DNA of 63,889 nt, counting the filler, from Acidimicrobiia bacterium (GTDB lineage: Bacteria; Actinomycetota; Acidimicrobiia; Spongiisociales; JAHEDJ01), in NCBI GenBank assembly GCA_029210695.1. It is 4 parts of 4 records of this genome, joined end to end, with 100 filler letters (N's around TTAATTAATTAA, not from the genome) between each part and the next. Parts side by side here need not be neighbours in the genome. Positions count along the whole stretch, not along the records: positions 52,423 to 63,889 come from JARGFH010000085.1; 3 more parts are not named here. One strand, 5' to 3'. Below, one piece after another: positions 52,609 to 62,309 of the stretch. How positions within the stretch are numbered: position 1 is the first letter of the stretch; every line of letters starts with the position of its first letter. The position numbers were made by a program, and so were the translations under genes. A model generated the notes under the pieces. It saw only the letters and a program-made list of their open reading frames with translations, was not told the origin of the DNA and did not search any database.

Positions 52609-53345
52609 CCATGAGGTCTCCTTCGCTTTCCGCCGCCGTGGGTTGTTCTTGACCCAATCGTCGAACTGCTCCCGGGTGATGGTTCCGCGTTTCCATCGTT
52701 TGTACATGCGGTCGTATTCCCGGCGCCGTGGTTCCCGCCGTCGTTGTCGTTCGGTTCCTTTTCGTTGACAGTCGATCGGTCCGGGTTTCGAGCTTCCCGG
52801 GCAATACTGCTGGTCTGATCTCTCGGGGATGAAAGGGTTCTGGCAGTATCGGCACAGTCGGGGTATCTGCGATCGGTCGATCAGTCCTTCGAGCAGTTCG
52901 AACCACGCTCGACTGAAAATGTGCTTTGGTCTCTCGAAGATCCGACCGGTCTCTTCGTGCAGTCGGAGTTCAACCTGCAATGAATCATGTTCACCGAGTT
53001 CGATGATGAGGGCTGCGGCGGCGGTGCATAATCGAACCGAGCAGTATCTTCGAACAGTCGCATCAGGCGACGCCTGTCTTCGCGGCAGATGCGGACGGTT
53101 TCAGCGTCCGTCCAGGCATCGATCAGATACTTCTCCCAAATCCGTCGGATCCCGAGCACCTCGTAGGCGCCAATGACAGGGCGCCAAGCTTCGCTGTTGA
53201 ACAGCTCGGTATCGGCGATCCATCGAAGAAGCTCCATCATGCCAAGGTGCTCAACAAAGGCTATGAAGCTGTCGGCGTCGCCAGGCTCGAGAGCGAACAG
53301 CTGCGGATGGATGGGATCGAGAAGGTACCGCTGCTCGGTCGCCAA
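52570..53345 (-). pseudogene. Frameshifted Zn-finger (CGNR-like) protein
   Basis: Two overlapping ORFs 52881-53345 and 52570-52980; CRYC..F..YC..C followed by a basic tail. Confidence 0.5.
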
Positions 53346-53419
53346 GAGGGAGTCGGCGTTCTCCTGGCTCGGAGTCGGGCGGTCAGGAACGACCGCTACC
53401 GTCTCGAAGGCGTAGGGCT

Positions 53420-53745
53420 GGCGTGTCGGCGTCTACAAGGTGTCGTTGGTGAGTTTCCCCACATACTTCCAATGCAAACGGTATGCCGGGAGTGTTCCAG
53501 CCGGTGTCGTCCGAGATTTCCGGGGTGCCATGACGGGCCGTGGTGAAAAGGGCTTGGTGATAACCGCCGGCACGTTCACACCGGCAGCGAAGACGGAGGC
53601 CACCAGGGACGGCGCTCCACCGGTCGATCTCATCGGTGGCGACGAGTTGTGTGACCTCCTCAAAGAGTATGGCCTGGGGGTAGAGGTCACGAAGCGGATC
53701 GTGGAGGATGTCGAGGTTCTCCCCGACTTCTTCGACTCGATCTAG
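53420..53745 (+). pseudogene. mrr: Mrr-type restriction endonuclease C-terminal fragment
   Basis: FQCKRY..VRDFRGAM..GLVIT..FT..A..EA..DLIGGDEL; N-terminal half absent. Confidence 0.8.
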
Positions 53746-53869
53746 GCCGCCCCCAGAAATCGCCACAGCCGTTCGGCTGTGACGGGTGACCTGCCCTGCT
53801 GTGGGTGCCATCCCTGCGGTTGGTGGTCGCTGAGCGGCCAGGTCACACTTAGCCGATAGCTTCGCGACC

Positions 53870-54070
53870 ATGTTCTGTATTGAACCGTCCGCCCCTCTGA
53901 CCGAAACCCTGCGCCTGCTCGCCGAAGGGCCGAAACCCGTTGAGCAGCTACCGGTGGCCGGTCTCGACCAGCTACGTCTACTGCAATGGGTGATGGGCGA
54001 CACGGTCGTCGAACTGACCGGTATCGGCTGGTATCACGCCGGACATGTGAAAGGTGGGCTTTTGGGTTAG
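53870..54070 (+). CDS. Small hypothetical protein
   Basis: 66-aa ORF with wHTH-like ELTGIG ending; no family recognised. Confidence 0.35.
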   Translation: MFCIEPSAPLTETLRLLAEGPKPVEQLPVAGLDQLRLLQWVMGDTVVELTGIGWYHAGHVKGGLLG

Positions 54071-54131
54071 TTGCCGGCGCAGGTCGGTGTGTTTGCGACC
54101 TAGCGGAGTACGTCGTGTCCGGGTCGGCGTG

Positions 54132-54950
54132 CTAGCTGATTATCTCGATGGCGTCCGAGAAGGCACGGATCAACCCGAAGACGGCTGCGCCGGTGACACC
54201 GGTCAGGCCGAAAGCGACCGCCACCGTCCACCATCGGCTGGGATGCACAGTGTTCCACCACGACAGCGCTGTACCGACCGCAGCCACGATCACGAATGTG
54301 GCCGCAACGAAGGGCGGGTCACAGTCGCATGCCTGCCGGTTGAACAACAGGAACGGGGTGGTCAGACCACCTGCACCAGCACCGAGGACCGCCAGGAAGG
54401 CATAGGCCCACCGGGCCGAACCTTCGACGGCAGGGAGACGACGATCCAGGATTCCGAACAGCCACTCCATGAAGACGCCGAAACCGACGAACAAGGCGAC
54501 AATCATTCCCACCACCAGTACCTCGTTGCCGAGAATGAAGAAGTCGATGTTGTTGGGGTTCATCACATCTGACATTGCGCTGCCCACCGCAAACAACAAC
54601 ACACCGTAGGCGAAACCTCGCCACCGGCCCGCCCATGCCAGCCAGGGACGGAAGATGAGAAGAAGGGCTGCCCCGACTATCCCCACGAATATCCCGACGA
54701 AGACAACCAACCCCATCGTCCCGCCCAAAGTGATCTCCCCGACGGTGAACCCTGCTTCGGTGGTCCTTCCTTGGGCAAGGTCAGGGGCGGCGGCCCCAGC
54801 GATCCGCATGAACAACCGTCCCCCCAAACCTCCGACGAGCAACCCGGTGATGAGACCGGCGACCCCGGCCACCGTGATGTGACGCGCCAATCCAGACAGC
54901 GTGTCAAACGGTCGGGCCACCGGTTGTCGGGGCGTCCGGTGCAGAGTCAT
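54132..54950 (-). CDS. Multi-pass membrane protein with CDCDPP motif (paralogue 1)
   Basis: AAGGAGG RBS; about 7 TM helices; colinear with 59266-60093. Confidence 0.75.
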   Translation of the reverse strand: MTLHRTPRQPVARPFDTLSGLARHITVAGVAGLITGLLVGGLGGRLFMRIAGAAAPDLAQGRTTEAGFTVGEITLGGTMGLVVFVGIFVGIVGAALLLIFRPWLAWAGRWRGFAYGVLLFAVGSAMSDVMNPNNIDFFILGNEVLVVGMIVALFVGFGVFMEWLFGILDRRLPAVEGSARWAYAFLAVLGAGAGGLTTPFLLFNRQACDCDPPFVAATFVIVAAVGTALSWWNTVHPSRWWTVAVAFGLTGVTGAAVFGLIRAFSDAIEIIS

Positions 54951-55081
54951 GGACCCTCCTTTCTCACGAAGCCTTCACCGTCTATCAGGCGCCAGCCTGC
55001 CTACCGCGACTGGGAGAAGAGCGCATTACTGGACTCAGGTCTGGATCCCGCGACTCGTGACCCGGGATCCAGACCTGCATT

Positions 55082-55381
55082 TCAGTCGTTCACATATCCT
55101 CCGCAGTTTCCAAGATCGCCCGGGGTTCCTTGCACCCACACCACCGTCTCTCCCTGCCGCGTGCCCGGCGCACCAAGATGAACGTTGACATGAAGCGGAT
55201 GCCGCCTCGTATCAAGTCCGTCCGCATGTGGAAGCTGGACCGCGTTTTCCCTGCCATTGGCGGCGAGCACAACGCAGCTCCCGTTGCCTGTCAGCCTCAC
55301 GTGAGTATGGGTGGCGGCCGCCGGAAGCGCCAGCGCCACCATTGATACAGCAAGAATCACCATCCCTACCAGTTTCCTCAT
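55082..55381 (-). CDS. Small secreted His-rich protein
   Basis: AAGGAG RBS; signal peptide ending PAAA; HTH, HPLHVNVH, two Cys. Confidence 0.7.
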   Translation of the reverse strand: MRKLVGMVILAVSMVALALPAAATHTHVRLTGNGSCVVLAANGRENAVQLPHADGLDTRRHPLHVNVHLGAPGTRQGETVVWVQGTPGDLGNCGGYVND

Positions 55382-55409
55382 CTCTCTTCTCCTTTTTCGA
55401 GGAACACTG

Positions 55410-55443
55410 ATACAGACGAACATATGGGCAGTCCCGGTGACAG
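55410..55443 (-). promoter_or_regulatory. Putative ECF promoter (leftward)
   Basis: CTGTCACC-N14-GTTCGTCTGTAT. Confidence 0.65.
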
Positions 55444-55655
55444 TAGGATCCCCTTTTTCCGAAGAACCCGAGGTGGATGAGAGCAGGGTCGAACCCGCGC
55501 TGGTGAGGTCGCTCCCACACGATCAGCTGAGCTGCCGGCTCGGCCGAGTCGGCCTGGGATAGACGGGATGTGCCGCTCTGGGACTCTCGCACGGGGCATG
55601 TGTGTGACCCCTGATATCGGCGAACCGACTCTCCAGACTGCCGATTCTGTTTGGT

Positions 55656-55689
55656 CTGTCACCCAAACCTGTCCTTTGTTCGTCTGTAT
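55656..55689 (+). promoter_or_regulatory. Putative ECF promoter (rightward)
   Basis: CTGTCACC-N14-GTTCGTCTGTAT, same boxes but different spacer. Confidence 0.65.
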
Positions 55690-55856
55690 GAGGTGACGCT
55701 CCAAAGGAGGGAAGGTCTTTTTGGGGGCGATACCACGCCGTCTGACTCGGTGGGTCAGGTGCTTGGCGAGTTTCGCGAAACGGCCGACAACATTAGGACG
55801 GCGAGTCTGTTGACGATGGTCGTTCGTCTGGCAGGATCAGGTCGAGAGGAGACCAA

Positions 55857-56255
55857 ATGGACTGGTGGATTCTGGAAGTGATAACGGTTGGTGCGCTCAT
55901 CGGCGCATTGCTGGCTCTTGGGCCCCTCATCAAGAGGTTTGGTCGTAGTTATGCGGCGGATGTGTTTCGTGCTAATCCGAGAACAGGAAAGAGTTACATC
56001 GTGTTGATGGATGTGGCGTACTACCTCATTTTCACTGCATTCATTCTCTTCACGACCCATTTCGAACCGGACACCGGGTGGGCCGACACTGTCGGCGCTG
56101 ATCAACTCCGTGGGGAGACGGTTCGCCTCGGCGGGATGCTGCTGTTGATGGGAGTCCTTCACGGTGGCAACGTGTTGAGCCTCCCTATCGTTGGTCGTCT
56201 ACTCGGGTTGTCCCAACGTATGGAAGAGGACGCAGGTCAGACAGAGGCCGCATGA
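55857..56255 (+). CDS. 3-TM membrane protein homologous to the anti-sigma membrane domain
   Basis: GAGGAG RBS; GPLIKRFG..DVAYYLIF..LMGVLH. Confidence 0.75.
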   Translation: MDWWILEVITVGALIGALLALGPLIKRFGRSYAADVFRANPRTGKSYIVLMDVAYYLIFTAFILFTTHFEPDTGWADTVGADQLRGETVRLGGMLLLMGVLHGGNVLSLPIVGRLLGLSQRMEEDAGQTEAA

Positions 56256-56308
56256 TTGCCGCGTCGTTTGCCGGGAGTCTGAGGGGGACCACGGTTCGGT
56301 GGCTGTTC

Positions 56309-56851
56309 ATGGCAATCGAGCAGACCCGGGATGTAGCCGCGGTCGCAGTCGGTGTTGACCGTGATGCGCTGGTTGCTCAGTTGTTTGAGTTGGAGGGTGT
56401 CGCTTTGGTGCGGTTGGCCCGTCTCTTCACCGACGATCGCAATGCCGCCGAAGATCTCGTCCAGGAAGCGTTCATCCGTTTACACAAGTCGGCTCACCGA
56501 ATACACGATCAGGACAAGGCGGCCCCTTATCTCCGGTCGATCGTTATCAATTTGGCGCGTGATCACAACCGACGCGGCCTGATGTCGTTGCGACACCAAG
56601 AGGCAATCCCCGTCGGGACCGTGCCTGAAGCACCCGAAGACAGGCTCGCCCTCAATGAAGAACAGAGATTGTTGCTCGATGAGGTGCGAGCCCTTTCGCC
56701 ACGACAACGCGACTGCATTCTTCTTCGGTTCTATCTGGAACTTTCAGAGCGGGAGATCGCAGATGTGCTGAGCATTTCAACCAACTCGGTCAAGACACAT
56801 TGCCGGCGAGGTTTGGCGTCTCTTCGGGGAACAGTCGGGGATGTGCGATGA
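56309..56851 (+). CDS. ECF RNA polymerase sigma factor (actinobacterial SigE-like)
   Basis: AEDLVQEAF region 2; LSPRQR..LS.REIA..NSVKTH..RG region 4. Confidence 0.92.
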   Translation: MAIEQTRDVAAVAVGVDRDALVAQLFELEGVALVRLARLFTDDRNAAEDLVQEAFIRLHKSAHRIHDQDKAAPYLRSIVINLARDHNRRGLMSLRHQEAIPVGTVPEAPEDRLALNEEQRLLLDEVRALSPRQRDCILLRFYLELSEREIADVLSISTNSVKTHCRRGLASLRGTVGDVR

Positions 56852-57591
56852 CGATCGAAGAGAAACTCACTGCCGCGTTCCGCACAGCTGATCTATACCA
56901 GCCGAGCCCTGACCTCTTTTCCAAGGTCTCCAGATCAATCCAAGAGGACGCAGCACACCACAAACGGGTGCGCCGCATCGCTATGTCAGTTGTAGCCGCC
57001 TGCGGGTTCATCGCCCTGTACTTGGCGCTCGCGGTCGACCAGATCGATGGGGCTTTGGTAATGCCGTTCTGGACTCTTGAGGTCCTGGTTACAGGAGTCA
57101 TGATTGCGCTCGTGCTGGTGCTGGGTCCGGCCATTCGGCGTTTCGGCAACGCATTCGAGAGCGACATCTTCCGTTTGGGTCCTTCGACAGGTCGCGGATT
57201 CCTCACGCTGATCGATATTGCCTACTACCTGATCTTCGGTGCTTTCACGTTCATGACATTGCAGTATTCGACTCCGATCGATTCCCCAGGGACCACCCAG
57301 GATCTAGCGGCGTGGCTCGGATATGAATCCTGGAGAGTTGCAGGGCTGCTCATGCTGATGGGCCTGTTGCACACGGTGACCCTCGTTGTGTTACCTGCCG
57401 TGGGTCTGGTCTTCTCTGCGAACACGCGGCGCGCTCATCGGGCCCAACTCGGCGAAGCTGCCCCCCCGGCGAACCCTCACAACGAAGAACTCGATCGATG
57501 GATCACGATTGTCGTCTGGATAGTCATCGGATTGGCACTACTCCTGGCCGCGTTGAATACGCTGCCTCTCTTGATTGGCCTCGGCGGCTGA
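56848..57591 (+). CDS. Putative membrane anti-sigma factor
   Basis: ATGA coupling to sigma; N-terminal IEEKLTAAF..PSPDLF helix followed by TM helices. Confidence 0.7.
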   Translation: MTIEEKLTAAFRTADLYQPSPDLFSKVSRSIQEDAAHHKRVRRIAMSVVAACGFIALYLALAVDQIDGALVMPFWTLEVLVTGVMIALVLVLGPAIRRFGNAFESDIFRLGPSTGRGFLTLIDIAYYLIFGAFTFMTLQYSTPIDSPGTTQDLAAWLGYESWRVAGLLMLMGLLHTVTLVVLPAVGLVFSANTRRAHRAQLGEAAPPANPHNEELDRWITIVVWIVIGLALLLAALNTLPLLIGLGG

Positions 57592-57615
57592 CCGACAGCA
57601 CGATTGGAGAAACAG

Positions 57616-58113
57616 ATGGACAAAGACGGCGGCCACAGGCCCAGCGCAGCTGAACGTTTCGCTGCGACCACGATCACCGGCCCGATCCCGTCGTGGGAGC
57701 CCACAGAACCGCCGGCGATACCCCGGCCGGGCGGTTTCAGCGATGTCATGAGCGTCGCTCCACATGCGGCATCGGTGGCGGAATGGATCTCTCGCACGGA
57801 GCATGTTCGGTGGCTACGGGCGCAGCGCCATCTCGCCATTGCCGTCCCAGCCGCAGCCCTTTGCGCGTTCGTCGCCCCGATCTTGAAAACCCTCGGCGGC
57901 CTACCGCTGTTTGTGACCCTGGTGTTTGTTGTACTGGACTCGCTCGCCAGGGCGCTGGACGCCCGACTCGGCTATCTCTGGGGTTGGCTGTATTCAGAGC
58001 CGAAGCGGTCCACGCGGCTAGATCTGATCGCTGACCGGATCATCCGAAGGCTTCTCATGACGATCCCTATGGCGGACTCTCCAATCTCACAAGTCCAGGT
58101 CGTGGATCCGTAG
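57616..58113 (+). CDS. Hypothetical protein or remnant
   Basis: Open frame only; no family recognised. Confidence 0.25.
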   Translation: MDKDGGHRPSAAERFAATTITGPIPSWEPTEPPAIPRPGGFSDVMSVAPHAASVAEWISRTEHVRWLRAQRHLAIAVPAAALCAFVAPILKTLGGLPLFVTLVFVVLDSLARALDARLGYLWGWLYSEPKRSTRLDLIADRIIRRLLMTIPMADSPISQVQVVDP

Positions 58114-58384
58114 CAGAGGTGACGCGGCTGCAACGAGCCAGAAATCGCCATCGGGTGATTCGGTTGCGGCGGAGGACAGGGGAGTGTTGCGACGGCCACA
58201 AACGCCGGCGACGGTCGCTGGGCGTCTAGGGGATTGCCGTCCGGATTCCGTCGGCTGGGTCCGTCCGGGGTCCGTGAGAGGTCGAAGAACGGTGAGAAGT
58301 GCCGCACAACGCTGAAGGGTGAAATCCCAGGTCAGACCGCCTTTCCGAGTATTTGCCCAGGTCAGCGAAGTAGCCGGCCGCTCC

Positions 58385-58428
58385 CTTGTAAAGAAGTGGT
58401 CGTCGGTTCGATTCCGACACCCGGCTCC
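58385..58428 (+). mobile_element. att site: 3' half of tRNA-Thr(TGT)
   Basis: CTTGTAA anticodon loop, GTCGG-TTCGATT-CCGAC T-arm and acceptor 3' strand; no D-arm or 5' acceptor strand; CCCAGGTCAG repeats at 58326 and 58356. Confidence 0.8.
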
Positions 58429-58469
58429 GTCGAGAGACCTCCAGTTGAGCGAGGTCGGCACCTAGCGTG

Positions 58470-58868
58470 TTAGCGATGGCTAATGGCGGCGACACCGGGA
58501 AGGTTGCTGAATGCTTGCTGATCGGCGGTGACGATCGTCCGGTGTGTGGCGCGGGCGGTTGCCGCGATCAGCAAGTCGTGTGCGCCGCGGGGACGGCCCT
58601 GGCCGCGGACGGCGACGAGGAGTCCAGCGTGTTCGACCGCCACATTGCGGTCGTAGGCGATGATGGGAATCGACTCAAGGATGTCCTCGACGTAGCCCTG
58701 GCGGGCATTCCGTCGCTTGCCAGAGGCGAGCTCCACTCCCACGAGCAGTTCGGCGACGGTAACGGCGGCGATGGCCACGTCGTCGTCGTCATCAATGGCT
58801 TCGTCGAGGTTCACACCGCCTCGCTCGGCATCGATCAGGAACGTCGTGTCGAGAAGGAGCAGACTCAT
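58470..58868 (-). CDS. vapC: VapC PIN-domain toxin
   Basis: LLDTTFLID, TVAELLVG, HDLLIAATA, TAD..F. Confidence 0.92.
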   Translation of the reverse strand: MSLLLLDTTFLIDAERGGVNLDEAIDDDDDVAIAAVTVAELLVGVELASGKRRNARQGYVEDILESIPIIAYDRNVAVEHAGLLVAVRGQGRPRGAHDLLIAATARATHRTIVTADQQAFSNLPGVAAISHR

Positions 58869-59107
58869 GCCCGGTCTTCGATCTCCAACAGTCCTCGGAG
58901 GTCGGTCAGTTCGGTCGACCACGCCGCATCGGGCCGGTGCCGGCGTAGCAGCGCCTTGACATCGACGCCACGCCCTGTGGTAGTCGGCTCGAGATGCGCG
59001 ACCGCCTTGCCCCGGCGAACGATTGTGTAGTGCTCGCCGCGGTGTTCGACCCCGTCGAGTAAATCGGCGAAGTGCCGAGCTGCCTCGGTGGCTGTGATAT
59101 CTGGCAT
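58865..59107 (-). CDS. Phd/YefM-family antitoxin
   Basis: ITATEAARHFADLLD..IVRRGKAVA; ATGA overlap with vapC. Confidence 0.9.
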   Translation of the reverse strand: MPDITATEAARHFADLLDGVEHRGEHYTIVRRGKAVAHLEPTTTGRGVDVKALLRRHRPDAAWSTELTDLRGLLEIEDRA

Positions 59108-59265
59108 ATGATCAGATTATCAGATTCAAGTCTCGCGATAAAGGCCCCCGCCCCGCATATCACTAGATATGTCTGACAGAAACGCACAGTCAGCCGAGCA
59201 CACCAGAAGGGCACGCCGGAGCTCGGCTCTCCCGGCATAGGTCGACCGCCGTGCGAGTTGCCCTG

Positions 59266-60093
59266 CTAGCTGATCACCTCGATGGCGTCCGATACCGCAC
59301 GGATCAACCCGAAGATCGTGGCGCCTATCACTCCGGCGAAGCCCAGAGTGGTCACGGCTGTAGAGAGACGGTTGGGTCGTATCGCCTGCCACCAGTACAG
59401 AACGGTACCCACCGCGGTCACAACCACGAATGCTGATGCGATGACCGGCGGATCGCAGTCGCACGCCTGCCTGGAGAACAGCAGGAACGGGGCGGTCAGC
59501 CCGGCCAACCCGGCACCGAGGACAGACAGAAGGGCGTAGGCCCATCGGGCGGAACCCTCAGCGGTGGGCAGCCCGCGGTTCAGTATCCCGAACATCCACT
59601 CCATGAACGCACCAAACCCGACGAACAACGCGACGATCGTCCCCACCACCAGGACTTCGTTGCCGAGGATGAGAAAGTCGATATTGTCGGGGTTCAGCAC
59701 GTCGGACGTTGCGCTACCCACCGAGAACAGCAGCAGCCCAAACACCACCCCTCGCCACCGGCCCGACCAGGCCAACCAGGGACGAAAGACCAGGTACATG
59801 ACCGCTCCCATTACCCCCACGAAAACCCCGACGAAGATCACCAAACCCAGAGTGCCATCCAGGGTGATCTGCCCCACGGTGAACCCCGCTTCCGTAGTGG
59901 CACCCTGAGCGGAATCCGCGGCAGCCGCCCCGGCAATCCGCATGAACAACCGACCACCCCCACCTCCCACCAACATCCCGGTCACCAGCCCGGCCAGCCC
60001 CGCAACAGTGATGTGCCGGGTCAAGCCGAACCATGTCCGAAACGGCGGTACCGCCACGCCCTGGGCAGCAGTAATCATCCTCGACAACGCCAT
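59266..60093 (-). CDS. Multi-pass membrane protein with CDCDPP motif (paralogue 2)
   Basis: GGAGG RBS; colinear with 54132-54950. Confidence 0.75.
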   Translation of the reverse strand: MALSRMITAAQGVAVPPFRTWFGLTRHITVAGLAGLVTGMLVGGGGGRLFMRIAGAAAADSAQGATTEAGFTVGQITLDGTLGLVIFVGVFVGVMGAVMYLVFRPWLAWSGRWRGVVFGLLLFSVGSATSDVLNPDNIDFLILGNEVLVVGTIVALFVGFGAFMEWMFGILNRGLPTAEGSARWAYALLSVLGAGLAGLTAPFLLFSRQACDCDPPVIASAFVVVTAVGTVLYWWQAIRPNRLSTAVTTLGFAGVIGATIFGLIRAVSDAIEVIS

Positions 60094-60271
60094 GGTCCTC
60101 CCTCATCTGTCGGGCCACCTCAAACTATCAGAAGGGTCAGGGGATTGAGAGGTGACGCAGGTCAACTAACTCCCCTGGAGTGGGGTCGGCTGGGTGTCGG
60201 CTATGCCGTTCTCTCCCAACATAGGGAGCATCGTGCGAGTAGCGTCGGTTTCCCATACCGAGGAGTGCACT

Positions 60272-60598
60272 ATGTATGTCATACGACGGGTCTACGAGGT
60301 GAATCCCCGAACGGCTCGTGAGGCGGCCACGATCGCGGCCCGCATCGGTGAGTTGTATCACGAGGCCGGTCGGCGTTCCGAGGTGACGGTCTACTTCAAC
60401 GGCACGACGCTGCCCGGCGAAACCGACGTCGTCTACATGCAGTGGACCGACGATGTCATCCGGTCGCCGTACGGTCGCAGTGAGCCCTCGATTCCCGAAG
60501 CGGTCGAGCTCGGTGCCCGGCTGCGGGCTCTCACCGTGGACTCCTGGATCGAGTTCTACGAGATGCTGACGCCGGAGAAGGCAATGGACCTCGAGTAA
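60272..60598 (+). CDS. Small hypothetical protein (dimeric alpha-beta barrel-like)
   Basis: GAGGAG RBS; MYVIRRVY..WIEFYE pattern. Confidence 0.6.
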   Translation: MYVIRRVYEVNPRTAREAATIAARIGELYHEAGRRSEVTVYFNGTTLPGETDVVYMQWTDDVIRSPYGRSEPSIPEAVELGARLRALTVDSWIEFYEMLTPEKAMDLE

Positions 60599-60701
60599 AC
60601 GTTCGGCAGGTCACCGAGATGTGGCGAAGGTGTAGGCGATTGCCTGCGGGAAACCTGACCGCGGATGTCCTGGTGCAACGTTGCGGGCGTATCCTCGACT
60701 T

Positions 60702-61406
60702 ATGACACCCGTCGGACCGGAAGTGACGGTGGTCGGCGCTCTGGCCGCCTACAACCTCGTTCAGAATCTGGTCATCCCGGAAAATGCGTATGTGCCGGCC
60801 AACCTGGTGGTGACCGCTGGTCTCGTGGCCTTCGCACGCAATTCCGGGATGCCCCTCGACGCGATTGGACTCGGAGAGGCACAACTGGGTGACGGGCTGC
60901 GTCTGGGTGGCACCGTGGCGGCTGCGCTCGGCGCCGCCTTCATCGCTGCATCCTCGACCAGGCTTCTCGACCGATGGCTGCTGGACGAGCGGGCGCGCGG
61001 CCACGAGTCGGGAGGCGCAGCCTATCGATCCCTCGTCCGTTTCCCTCTGGGGACCGCGCTTTTCGAAGAGGTGGCATTTCGCGGCGTACTCGACGGGTTG
61101 TGGAGGCGCCGCGCCGGTGCGCATACAGCCCGGCTGGTCGGCTCCGCCGCCTTCGGCGCCTGGCACCTTCTCCCCACCTTTCGCGGCTATCCGGGAATGG
61201 GGATCAGGAACGGCCGATCTGCCTCGATCCGAGAGCGCTGCATTGCGGCCCTCTCCGGTGCTGTGATCACCGGATTGTCGGGATTCGGCTTCACGGCCCT
61301 GCGAGAGCGGTCGGACAGCGTGGCGGCACCGTGGCTCACCCATGCTGCCATCAACGCCGGGTCGTATCTCCTTGCCCGCCGCGCCTGGCAAGCCACCGGG
61401 GGTTGA
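60702..61406 (+). CDS. CPBP/CAAX intramembrane metalloprotease
   Basis: EEVAFRG, FGAWH, HAAIN motifs. Confidence 0.88.
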   Translation: MTPVGPEVTVVGALAAYNLVQNLVIPENAYVPANLVVTAGLVAFARNSGMPLDAIGLGEAQLGDGLRLGGTVAAALGAAFIAASSTRLLDRWLLDERARGHESGGAAYRSLVRFPLGTALFEEVAFRGVLDGLWRRRAGAHTARLVGSAAFGAWHLLPTFRGYPGMGIRNGRSASIRERCIAALSGAVITGLSGFGFTALRERSDSVAAPWLTHAAINAGSYLLARRAWQATGG

Positions 61407-61478
61407 TTGTTGAAAAGTGGGCCACAACAGCCGAAATACCCCGGTTTTGCTGACGCCGGGATAGCCTCTCTTCTTGCA

Positions 61479-61727
61479 GTGGCTCTTTCAGCGCGCGATC
61501 AAGCAATTCTCGACTTCGAACGTTCCTGGTGGTTGATTCCCGGGCCGAAGGACCGCGCCATCAAGGAACATCTGGATATCAGCGCCACTCAGTACTACCG
61601 GGTGCTCAGGCGGCTCAGCGACGATCCGGAGGCTGCCTTGTACGATCCGTTGACGGTTCGGCGGCTGCAGCGGTCGGCCACGACGAAAAAGGTAGAGATG
61701 ACTGCAGTAGAGGGAGAAGACCTCTAG
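61479..61727 (+). CDS. DUF3263 domain protein
   Basis: ILDFERSWW..K..AI..SATQYY..YDPLTVRRL. Confidence 0.88.
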   Translation: MALSARDQAILDFERSWWLIPGPKDRAIKEHLDISATQYYRVLRRLSDDPEAALYDPLTVRRLQRSATTKKVEMTAVEGEDL

Positions 61728-62309
61728 ATGGGCAAGCATGCTGCGCCCGGGTACGGGCGGTTTACCCGTGAGCTCTCGTCGTTTTCAGTGCGTCTATTAG
61801 TGGCTGCTGTGGTGTTCTTTGGTGCGGTCTGGCTGCTGATCACCTACCTGCCGGGATGGTTCGACGGTGGTGAGGAGTCGGCTCAATCGTCCGTCCCTCA
61901 AAGCACCTCCACCACCGAAGTGCCTTCGTCGGTACTCGGTTCGACCATATCCTCAACGTTCCCCACCTTGCCCACGACGACAACGTCCACCGCGCCTGCC
62001 CCCACATCGACCACGGCACCACCCGAACGAGCTCCTGCCGATGTGACCGTTCTAGTACGCAACACGACGGGCAAGAGTGGACTGGCTGCTTCGGCGAGCG
62101 CCGGGCTGGCGAGTCTCGGTTACCAGACCCTCGAACCGGACAATACGACGCCGCTACTGAGCGCAACGCAAATCCTGTTCGCACAGGGGTTCGCAGCAGA
62201 GGCGTACACATTGGCTGCGCAGTTTCCCGATGGGGAGGTACTGGCGAACCCGAGCGCAGACCCATTGGCTGACATCGTGGTCGTCCTCGGGACGAGCTAC
62301 GTTCCGTGA
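61728..62309 (+). CDS. LytR C-terminal domain membrane protein
   Basis: TM helix, Thr/Ser linker, VLVRNTTGKSGLA..DIVVVLG. Confidence 0.85.
   Translation: MGKHAAPGYGRFTRELSSFSVRLLVAAVVFFGAVWLLITYLPGWFDGGEESAQSSVPQSTSTTEVPSSVLGSTISSTFPTLPTTTTSTAPAPTSTTAPPERAPADVTVLVRNTTGKSGLAASASAGLASLGYQTLEPDNTTPLLSATQILFAQGFAAEAYTLAAQFPDGEVLANPSADPLADIVVVLGTSYVP

Noticed and set aside
58350..58430. Complete tRNA-Thr gene
   Set aside because: No D-arm or 5' acceptor strand and the anticodon stem does not pair; treated as an att remnant
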